Positions 7,312-14,262 of a stretch of 14,262 nt of DNA are shown one piece after another (positions within the stretch are counted from its first letter, which is position 1; each line of letters starts with the position of its first letter). Origin of the DNA: Armatimonadota bacterium (lineage in GTDB: Bacteria; Armatimonadota; Zipacnadia; Zipacnadales; UBA5352); NCBI GenBank assembly GCA_034722055.1, contig JAYENL010000037.1:1-14262 (forward strand), written 5' to 3'. The position numbers and the translations under genes are program-made. The notes below the pieces were generated by a model. The model was not told where the DNA came from and did not search any database. It was given only the letters and a program-made list of their open reading frames with translations.

Positions 7312-8337
7312 ATGGCGGAGACCAACCAGCCCGCGGCCGTCATCGGGGCGGGCGCATGGGGAACCACGCTGTCGAGGATGCTCGGCGGCCGGGGGATTCC
7401 GGTGCGCCTGTGGGCGGTCACCGAAGAGCTTGCCGAGGAGATCCGCCGACACCGCGAGAACGTCAGCTACCTGCCCGGCTTCGCGCTGCCCGAGGCCGTC
7501 AGCGTCTCGTCCGACGGCGCCGAGGTGCTCGACGGCGTCCGAGCGGTCATCTGGGTGGTGCCCTCCCAGTGGCTGCGTGAGGTGGCCCGGAAGCTGTCGC
7601 CGCACGTGGACACAGCCGTGCTGCAGGTCTGCGCCACCAAGGGCATCAAGCGCGGGACGGGCATGCGCATGAGTGAGGTGCTCTCCGGGGAGCTGGGGGG
7701 CGAGAACCCTGACGCGCTGCAGAGGCAGCTCGTGGCCCTGTCCGGTCCCAACCTGTCGCGGGAGATCAACGAGGGGATGCCGGCGCTATCGGTGGCGGCA
7801 TCCTACAGCGAGGAGCGCGCGCGCCAGGCCCAGGAGCTGCTGACCTCGCCCCTCTTCCGCGTGTACCGCAACCCGGACATCGTGGGCGTGGAGCTGTGCG
7901 GCGCACTCAAGAACGTGATTGCTATCGCCTCGGGGATGAGCGATGGTCTCGGCTTCGGGGCCAACGCTCGAGCGGCGCTGATCACCCGGGGTCTGGCGGA
8001 GATGCGCAGGCTGGGGGTGAAGCTGGGAGCTCACCCGCAGACCTTCGCGGGCGTGGCCGGGATGGGTGACCTCGTCACCACCTGCACCAGCACGCTCAGC
8101 CGCAACTACTCCACCGGCCAGCGCCTGGCGCAGGGCGAGAGCCGGCAGGAGATCCAGGAGTCCATGAAGGCCGTTGCGGAGGGGATCTGGACCGCGCATG
8201 CCGAGATGGAGCTGGCCCGTGAGGCGGGCGTGGAGGTGCCCATTGCCGAGGCGGTGCATGGGGTGCTGTTCGGGGGCCTGGACCCGCGCGAGGCTGCGGA
8301 GGGGTTGATGACCCGCGCGTTGCGGGCGGAGTTCTGA
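7312..8337 (+). CDS. gpsA: NAD(P)H-dependent glycerol-3-phosphate dehydrogenase
   Basis: VIGAGAWGT, ATKGI, LSGPNL, GVELCGALKNVIAIASG, GMGDLVTTCTSTLSRN, AEG. SD GAGAGGT before ATG 7312. Confidence 0.96.
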   Translation: MAETNQPAAVIGAGAWGTTLSRMLGGRGIPVRLWAVTEELAEEIRRHRENVSYLPGFALPEAVSVSSDGAEVLDGVRAVIWVVPSQWLREVARKLSPHVDTAVLQVCATKGIKRGTGMRMSEVLSGELGGENPDALQRQLVALSGPNLSREINEGMPALSVAASYSEERARQAQELLTSPLFRVYRNPDIVGVELCGALKNVIAIASGMSDGLGFGANARAALITRGLAEMRRLGVKLGAHPQTFAGVAGMGDLVTTCTSTLSRNYSTGQRLAQGESRQEIQESMKAVAEGIWTAHAEMELAREAGVEVPIAEAVHGVLFGGLDPREAAEGLMTRALRAEF

Positions 8338-8462
8338 CCGAGGGGGGCGGCGCGGCAGTGTGCGCCAACGGGGAGGCCGCATCGGGGGCTGAAGGGATTC
8401 CGGCACGGGCGCCGAAGGGCCGAAACGCTGACAGCCGTCGCTACCCTCGGGGAGGTGCTGTG

Positions 8463-8744
8463 ATGGCGGACATGACCAAGACGGACCTGGTGGAGGCGAT
8501 TGCGGAGCGGGCGGAGCTGACCAAGGCGGATGCTGGTCGAGCGCTGGAGGCCTTCCTGGAGACCATCTCAAAGGCTCTCAGTCGCGGCTGGAGCGTGCAG
8601 ATCACGGGCTTCGGGACCTTCGAGCGCCGCACCCGCAAGGCCCGGAAGGCCCGGAATCTGCAGACGGGCGAGGAGATCGAGGTCCCCGAGACCAAGGTCC
8701 CCGCCTTCAGGGCTGGTAAGACCCTGAAGGATATGGTAAAATAG
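8463..8744 (+). CDS. hup: HU-family DNA-binding protein
   Basis: MTKTDLVEAIAE...VQITGFGTF...RKARNLQTGEEIEVP..KVPAFRAGKTLKD. SD GGAGGT at 8451-8456 before ATG 8463. Confidence 0.96.
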   Translation: MADMTKTDLVEAIAERAELTKADAGRALEAFLETISKALSRGWSVQITGFGTFERRTRKARKARNLQTGEEIEVPETKVPAFRAGKTLKDMVK

Positions 8745-8752
8745 AAGTGTCT

Positions 8753-8772
8753 GATCGACCGGCCGGTCGATC
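8753..8772. repeat. Perfect 20-bp palindrome between hup and tRNA-Pro
   Basis: GATCGACCGGCCGGTCGATC is its own reverse complement and is flanked by TGTC...GACA. Confidence 0.8.
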
Positions 8773-8785
8773 CGGGACATGCGGT

Positions 8786-8863
8786 CGGGGCGTGGCGCAG
8801 CTTGGTTAGCGCGTTTGACTGGGGGTCAAAAGGTCGCCGGTTCAAATCCGGCCGCCCCGACCA
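8786..8863 (+). tRNA. tRNA-Pro, anticodon GGG, with encoded CCA
   Basis: Acceptor stem CGGGGCG/CGCCCCG plus A-CCA; D stem GCGC/GCGC; anticodon arm TTTGA-CT-GGG-GG-TCAAA; T arm GCCGG-TTCAAAT-CCGGC; 78 nt. Confidence 0.97.
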
Positions 8864-8877
8864 GCATTCGGTTCCCG

Positions 8878-8900
8878 TCCGGTCCCGTCACCGGATTTGT
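8878..8900 (+). terminator. Weak terminator-like hairpin after the tRNA
   Basis: TCCGGT-CCCGTC-ACCGGA followed by TTTGT. Confidence 0.35.
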
Positions 8901-9004
8901 GGTGGCCGGGACATAATGGTGGGTCATATTCGCATGTCACGTGCCGCTCTCTCGCCATCTGTGCAGGAGCGGCCGTTTTGATATGCACTGACGGGAGGAC
9001 CACG

Positions 9005-10258
9005 GTGAGCGGCCAGCACGATGTCGTCAAGACCACCTTCGAACGCTACGAGCAGTACCTCAACCCCGGCATGGCCCAGCTCGTGAAGTTCATGGGCTTC
9101 GAGAGCGTGGAGGTCCGCTCCGACGGCTGCTACGTGATCACCTCCGACGGCCAGAGATACCTGGACTGCCTCGGCGGCCCCGGCGTCTTCAGCTTCGGAC
9201 ACAGTCCGGAGTCCATCGTGGCCCGCGTGCGAGAGCAGCTTGAGGCCATGCCCATGTCCAGCCATCTGCTGCTCAATCCCGTTACCGCCGAGCTCGCCGA
9301 ACGCATGGCCGAGGTGACGCCGGGCGAGCTGCAGTACACCTTCTTCTGCAACTCCGGCGCGGAGGCCGTGGAGGGGGCGCTGAAGGCCGCCAGGGCTCAC
9401 ACCGGCCGGGAGGGCTTCGTGTCCACCGTCGGCGGCTTCCACGGCAAGACCTTCGGGGCGCTGTCGGCCTCCGGGCGGGACGTCTACCGCGAGCCCTTTC
9501 AGCCCTTGGTGCCGGGCTTCACGCATGTGCCCTACGGCGACGCCGACGCGCTGGCCGGGGCCGTCGGCGCCGACACCGCTGCAGTCATCCTCGAGCCCAT
9601 CCAGGGCGAGGGCGGCATCATCGTGCCGCCGGACGGCTATCTCGCCCGCGCCCGGGAGATCTGCGACGACGCCGGGGCGCTGCTGATCCTCGACGAGATC
9701 CAGTGCGGCCTGGCGCGCACGGGCAGGATGTGGGGGTGCGACTGGGAGGGCGTGGCACCGGACATCATGACCACCGGCAAGGCTCTCGGCGGCGGCGTCA
9801 TGCCGCTGGGCGCCTTCACGGCCGTCCCCGAGGTGTGGGACATCTTCGAGGAGAACCCCTACGTTCACACCACCACCTTCGGGGGCAATCCCCTGGCCTG
9901 CGCGGCCGGCCTGGCCGCCCTCGACGCCATCGAGGAGCAGGACCTGTGCACCGGGGCTGCCGAGCGTGGCCAGCAGCTCATGGGAGGGCTGGAGGAGGTG
10001 GCCCTGGAGCACGAGGGGATGGTCGCCGAGGTGCGCGGCCGGGGGCTGCTCATCGGCGTGGAGTTCACCGACCCGGACCTGGCCGGTCTGGTCATCGCCG
10101 GGCTGTCGCACCACAACATCCTGGCCGCCTACGGGCTGAACAACCCGGCGACGCTTCGCTTCGAGCCCCCGCTGATCATCACCGAGAGCCAGGTGGATGA
10201 GGTGGTGGAGGCATTCGCCGACGTCCTCGCGAGCACCGAGGCCGTGCTCGAGCAGTGA
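9005..10258 (+). CDS. patA: Class-III PLP aminotransferase, closest in motifs to putrescine aminotransferase (PatA/YgjG-like)
   Basis: [65 protein letters not shown] lysine in GKALGGG, and PatA-like [18 protein letters not shown] and [21 protein letters not shown] before GTG 9005. The substrate is inferred, not shown. Confidence 0.8.
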   Translation: MSGQHDVVKTTFERYEQYLNPGMAQLVKFMGFESVEVRSDGCYVITSDGQRYLDCLGGPGVFSFGHSPESIVARVREQLEAMPMSSHLLLNPVTAELAERMAEVTPGELQYTFFCNSGAEAVEGALKAARAHTGREGFVSTVGGFHGKTFGALSASGRDVYREPFQPLVPGFTHVPYGDADALAGAVGADTAAVILEPIQGEGGIIVPPDGYLARAREICDDAGALLILDEIQCGLARTGRMWGCDWEGVAPDIMTTGKALGGGVMPLGAFTAVPEVWDIFEENPYVHTTTFGGNPLACAAGLAALDAIEEQDLCTGAAERGQQLMGGLEEVALEHEGMVAEVRGRGLLIGVEFTDPDLAGLVIAGLSHHNILAAYGLNNPATLRFEPPLIITESQVDEVVEAFADVLASTEAVLEQ

Positions 10259-10274
10259 TCCTGGAGGCACGCAG

Positions 10275-11354
10275 ATGACACCGAGGACCCGCATCGTGGC
10301 ATCGATCGCAGCCATGGCCCTGTTGGCCTCGCTCGCGGGATGCCCCCGCCAGCCGGAGCCTCAGGTCGGCCCGGAGGGGGAGCCGACCGCGATCGCCACG
10401 CAGGCGCCGGACGAGCCCGTCAGTCAGCGTTCCGTCCTGGTGCTGTGCTACCATGACATGGCGGCCGGCGCCGAGGGCACCTTCAGCATCCCCACCGAGG
10501 ACTTCACCGCCCAGCTCGAGCTCATCCGTGAGGGCGGCTACGAGAGCGTCCTGCCCTCACAGATAGCGGACTACCTCCAGGGCCGCGCTGACCTGCCGGA
10601 GAAGGCGGTCTGTCTGACCTTCGACGACGGCCCCGAGAGCATCCTGACCGAGAGCAAGCCCCTGATGGACCAGCACGGCCACACGGGGGCGGCCTTCCTG
10701 ATCACCGATGAGGTGGGTGGCAAGGGCAAGCTCTCGTGGGATCAGGTCCGCGAGCTGCAGGCGACCGGCTGGGAGATCGGCTCTCACACCGCGAGCCACG
10801 CCAAACCCACCAAGATCGACCACAGCCGCTGGATGGAGGAGCTGGAGGGCGCCAAGGCCGCCATCGAAGAGCAGATCGATGGCGAGTGCATCGCCCTCGC
10901 CTATCCCTACGGGCTCTACGACGAGCGGGTCATCGAGGCCGCGCGTGACGCCGGCTACCGCATGGCCTTCACCATCGACCGGGGCCCCGCCGACTGGACG
11001 ACGGACCGAATGCTGGTGCCACGGCAGATGCTGGTGAACGGGAACTCTCTGGACACCTTCGCGGTGTGGCTGGACCAGCAGAAGCTGCACCTGGAGGACA
11101 TCGACCCGGCCGTAGGCCGACGCGTGGCGACGACCACGCCCACCATCACCGCCACCCTCGCCGACGAGGCCGTGCCTGTCGATGGCCTTGAGATCAGCCG
11201 GGACGGGAACCCGGTCTCCTACGAGGGCGACGCCGAGACCCGCACCATCACGCTCACCCCGGAGCTGCGCGAGGGGGCCAATAACCTCCGCCTCAACTAC
11301 TACGGCAGCCCCCGCCGCGAGGTCTCGTGGGTGATCGTCAGCGAGCCGAGCTGA
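10275..11354 (+). CDS. CE4 polysaccharide deacetylase lipoprotein (PgaB/IcaB-type motif order) with a C-terminal beta-rich domain
   Basis: SD GGAGG before ATG 10275. Signal peptide with lipobox LAG-C, a Pro/Glu/Thr linker, then VLCYHD, LTFDDG, EIGSHTASH, AYPYG and VPR. Confidence 0.88.
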   Translation: MTPRTRIVASIAAMALLASLAGCPRQPEPQVGPEGEPTAIATQAPDEPVSQRSVLVLCYHDMAAGAEGTFSIPTEDFTAQLELIREGGYESVLPSQIADYLQGRADLPEKAVCLTFDDGPESILTESKPLMDQHGHTGAAFLITDEVGGKGKLSWDQVRELQATGWEIGSHTASHAKPTKIDHSRWMEELEGAKAAIEEQIDGECIALAYPYGLYDERVIEAARDAGYRMAFTIDRGPADWTTDRMLVPRQMLVNGNSLDTFAVWLDQQKLHLEDIDPAVGRRVATTTPTITATLADEAVPVDGLEISRDGNPVSYEGDAETRTITLTPELREGANNLRLNYYGSPRREVSWVIVSEPS

Positions 11355-11358
11355 GGAC

Positions 11359-13518
11359 ATGCGACAGCGCCCGGAGCTGCCCCCGACCATGGCGTCCCAG
11401 CGGATGCGCATCAGCAGCGTCTCGCCGGCGGGCCAGCGGAGGCGCGCTCAGGCCCGTCGGCGATCGGCCTGCTGCTGCGGCTGCATGCTGCTGCTGTGCC
11501 TGGCGATCGTCCTCATCGCCTTCCGAGGGGTCCTGGGGCGGCTGCTGGCACGGGATTCCGAGCAGGAGCAGGCGTCCGCGGTTCTCTCGCCGCTGGCGAT
11601 CCACACCCCGCAGGACGCCTACTGGCGCTACGACCTCATCCCCGTCACTGTCCGGGTGGTTGATCCGCAGGGCAACCCCCGCTCCGACCAGCCGCCGCGG
11701 ATCATCGTCACCCATGACGGTAAGCGCGTGACCACCATCGGCCACGAAGGTGATCGCGTCACGGTGCGCTACGATGGGAAGAAGCAGGCCTGGGTCGGCA
11801 ACTGGCCGCCCGGCTGGAACCCCGAGCCGGGCCGCTACCAGTTCGAGGCCCGCGTGGAGATTGACCCCACCGAATGGCCGTGGAAGGTCTCGGCCGGCGA
11901 AGAGGACGAGGACGAAGAGCGGCCGGAGGGCGAGGCCTGGGCCGTTGCCCTGGCGCCATTCGAGATCCGGGCCCGCGAGAGGCCCCCGATGGAGCCGGGC
12001 CTGTGCGTGGCCACCTGGGAGTTCGACTTCCGGTCACGCTTCAGGGGCCCCGATGATACCGCGGGCGACTGGACAAAGCTGTTCGAGTGGGTGGAGTACA
12101 TCGGAGCGGACACCCTGTGGTTCCGCGGCGCGGTCACACAGCCGCCGGACCAGGGCCTGACGCTGGAGCAGCCCTTCAAGCCCCTCAACCTGGAGGCCAT
12201 TCCCAGACTGGGCCGGGAGGCCCATCGCCGGGGGCTGAAGTTCGGCACCTGGGCGGTCGCCTACGCCACCTATCCCCGCACAGATGAGAGCAAGAACCCC
12301 GACTACGACTACTCCATCGACATCTCCCGGAGCACCGGGCAGACGACGGAAACGGACTACATATCGCTGTATGATGACCGCCGGGGGCAGCACCTTGCGG
12401 ACTTCTTCCGCGTGATGCAGGCCTCCGAGCACGTGGACATGGTGGGGCTGGACTACATGCGCACAGACCCCGGCTCGGGCGGCTATGAGCTGGTGGACCG
12501 CTTCGCGGCCGAGATGCCCGTGGAGCTCCCGGAGGGCTGGGAGAGCTGGGGCGAGCGCCGGCGGCAGAAGTACGTGGCCGTGAAGGTGGAGAAGGAGTAC
12601 CAGAGCGACCGGGACTTCTACGACTGCTGGAACTGGTGGCGCGCGCACCTGGGAGCCGATATCATCCGGCGCATCATCCAGAAGAGCGGCGTGCAAAAGC
12701 CCACGTGGGTCTTCATGCTCTCCTGGTGGCATGGGATGCAGCATGGGCAGGACCCGCCCATGTTCACCGACGCCGGCATCACCATGCTGGCGCCGATGCT
12801 GTATGAGGTGGACGACCGCCCCCAGTTCGACGCCATGGTGGAGGGCTGGAGCGAGTACCTCCGCCCGGGCCAGGTGAACCTGGTGGTCGGCGACCAGGTG
12901 GACTTCCTCCGCCATCAGAGGATGAAGTACGGCCCGACGCCGGCCGAGCTTTACGACCGCATGGTCACCGCGCACCGGAAGTACCTGGAGGGCGGCTTCA
13001 CGCAGGGGGCCTTCTGGCACGACATCAACCGTGCCGTGAACCCCAACAGCGTGGGCCCCTTCGATGGTCGGGAGTGGGCGCTGGCGGGAGCCGCGGCCTT
13101 CAGCACCGTCCGCGACACCTGGAAGGTCTACCCCCTCCACGCTGAGCTCAGCGCCCCCGACAGCGCGCCCATCGCGAACGCCTTCGGCGTGGAGGTGACC
13201 GTGGAGAACCTCACGAAGCAACCCGTGGAGGGCGTGCGCATCTCCCTGTGCGACACCCCGCACATGGTGGGGGTGGGGCTGCAGGAGGCCCCGGAGGCCC
13301 AGCTCTGGGGCGAGCCCTACACGGACGTGGGCACCATCCCGGCCGGGCAGGCCGTCGAGGTGCCCATCAGGGTGCGCATCACGACCGCGGACGCACAGCG
13401 ACGGAACCAGACTATGCTGGCGCTGCGGATCACCTGGGACGAGGGCGACTTCCAGCCTCCGGTCCGCAACGAGCTGCCGCGCACCATCGTGCTGATGAAG
13501 TACATCAGGGGTATATAG
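11359..13518 (+). CDS. Membrane-anchored multidomain protein with a GHL10/DUF187-like glycoside-hydrolase TIM barrel between Ig-like domains
   Basis: Arg-rich N-terminus plus the TM helix CCCGCMLLLCLAIVLIAF. Barrel motifs EAHRRGLKFGTW, VDMVGLDYMR, WNWWR, HGQD and LAPMLY occur in the order recalled for GHL10 proteins. Beta-rich segments lie on both sides (IPVTVRVVDPQGNP; VEVTVENLTKQPVEGVRISL...GTIPAGQAVEVPIRV). The exact start codon is uncertain. Confidence 0.65.
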   Translation: MRQRPELPPTMASQRMRISSVSPAGQRRRAQARRRSACCCGCMLLLCLAIVLIAFRGVLGRLLARDSEQEQASAVLSPLAIHTPQDAYWRYDLIPVTVRVVDPQGNPRSDQPPRIIVTHDGKRVTTIGHEGDRVTVRYDGKKQAWVGNWPPGWNPEPGRYQFEARVEIDPTEWPWKVSAGEEDEDEERPEGEAWAVALAPFEIRARERPPMEPGLCVATWEFDFRSRFRGPDDTAGDWTKLFEWVEYIGADTLWFRGAVTQPPDQGLTLEQPFKPLNLEAIPRLGREAHRRGLKFGTWAVAYATYPRTDESKNPDYDYSIDISRSTGQTTETDYISLYDDRRGQHLADFFRVMQASEHVDMVGLDYMRTDPGSGGYELVDRFAAEMPVELPEGWESWGERRRQKYVAVKVEKEYQSDRDFYDCWNWWRAHLGADIIRRIIQKSGVQKPTWVFMLSWWHGMQHGQDPPMFTDAGITMLAPMLYEVDDRPQFDAMVEGWSEYLRPGQVNLVVGDQVDFLRHQRMKYGPTPAELYDRMVTAHRKYLEGGFTQGAFWHDINRAVNPNSVGPFDGREWALAGAAAFSTVRDTWKVYPLHAELSAPDSAPIANAFGVEVTVENLTKQPVEGVRISLCDTPHMVGVGLQEAPEAQLWGEPYTDVGTIPAGQAVEVPIRVRITTADAQRRNQTMLALRITWDEGDFQPPVRNELPRTIVLMKYIRGI

Positions 13519-13571
13519 GCCGCGCATCACGTTTCGGCGGCCGGTGCTCGGGCAAAGCGGGTGAAAGCCTC

Positions 13572-14262
13572 ATGCGCGTGTCGATCATCTCCGACGAGAT
13601 CTCCTGCGATCCCATGTCCGCCGCGGAGCTGGCAGCCGAGTGGGGGCTGAGGCACCTGGAGCTGCGCATGTTCTACGGCAATCGCGCGCCCCGCAACATG
13701 ACCGCCTCCGACATCGAGCTGGTCGCCGAGGCCGCGGCCACCTTCGGCCTCGACGTCCCCTCCATATCGCCCGGGCTGTTCAAGATCAGGCTCGATGACG
13801 GCCGCATCGCGGGGCACCGCGGGGAGCTGCGAGTGCAGTGCCTGGACATGGCTCAGATGCTCGGCGCGGGCACGATGGTGGTCTTCCCGTACGTGCGCGC
13901 GGATCGTGATGAGCCGGAGGACCGGTGGCCGTCGGAGCTGGTGATGGACCTGCGAGAGACCGCACAGATGGCCGCGGAGCGGGACATTGTGGTGGCGGTC
14001 GAGAACGAGCCGGTCTGCTACGCCGCCACCGGACAGTCCATGGCGAAGCTGCTGGAGGCCATCGACGAGCCCAACTGCCGCGCCAACTGGGACCCCGCCA
14101 ACCACTGGGTCTACCGCCACGAGAGCTTCAGCGCCGGATACGAGGCTCTGCGGAAACACATCTCGCACGTCCACGTCAAGGATCATCTGCCGGGTGAGGG
14201 CCGGCATCAGACCGTGCCGCCCGGCCACGGTCAGGTGGGCTGGCCGGGGCAGGTGCGGACGC
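13572..14262 (+). CDS. Sugar-phosphate isomerase/epimerase (xylose-isomerase-like TIM barrel), 3' truncated
   Basis: Not in the ORF track because it has no stop in the window. Manual translation: MRVSIISDEISCD...GLRHLELR...VAVENEP...ANWDPAN...HVHVKD...VPPGHGQVGW, carrying the family's E/D/H metal motifs. Confidence 0.85.
   Translation, partial: MRVSIISDEISCDPMSAAELAAEWGLRHLELRMFYGNRAPRNMTASDIELVAEAAATFGLDVPSISPGLFKIRLDDGRIAGHRGELRVQCLDMAQMLGAGTMVVFPYVRADRDEPEDRWPSELVMDLRETAQMAAERDIVVAVENEPVCYAATGQSMAKLLEAIDEPNCRANWDPANHWVYRHESFSAGYEALRKHISHVHVKDHLPGEGRHQTVPPGHGQVGWPGQVRT

Noticed and set aside
8400..8450. Glycine or c-di-GMP-I riboswitch in the hup leader (CGCCGAAGG, TGACAGCCG fragments)
   Set aside because: The other required conserved segments (GGAGA...CTCTCAGG, or GGCAAAC...GACGCAAAG) are absent.
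8786..8900. tRNA-Pro as an integration site of a prophage or genomic island
   Set aside because: There is no integrase, I noticed no duplicated tRNA 3' end in the window, and the downstream genes have host-like codon usage.

Overview
GC-rich bacterial core-genome window with every credible gene on the + strand. In order: the 3' end of a pentapeptide-repeat gene, a small membrane protein, ilvC, a stand-alone DUF6504/ImuB-C-like gene with a probable leaderless promoter, a vapBC-type toxin-antitoxin module whose PIN toxin has a 1-nt frameshift, leuC-leuD, the conserved der-plsY-gpsA-hup block, tRNA-Pro(GGG), a PatA-like class-III aminotransferase, a CE4 polysaccharide-deacetylase lipoprotein, a 719-aa membrane-anchored GHL10-like glycoside hydrolase, and the 5' part of a sugar-phosphate isomerase/epimerase TIM-barrel gene. 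No transposase, integrase or CRISPR array was seen. The most unusual signals are non-coding: (i) a three-block inverted repeat on either side of der, (ii) long-range stems running from a stop codon to just before the next Shine-Dalgarno, (iii) a REP-like hairpin family with compensatory stem changes, and (iv) a multi-branched structure upstream of the TA promoter. All assignments come from motif recognition and manual base-pairing; no searches or folding programs were run.
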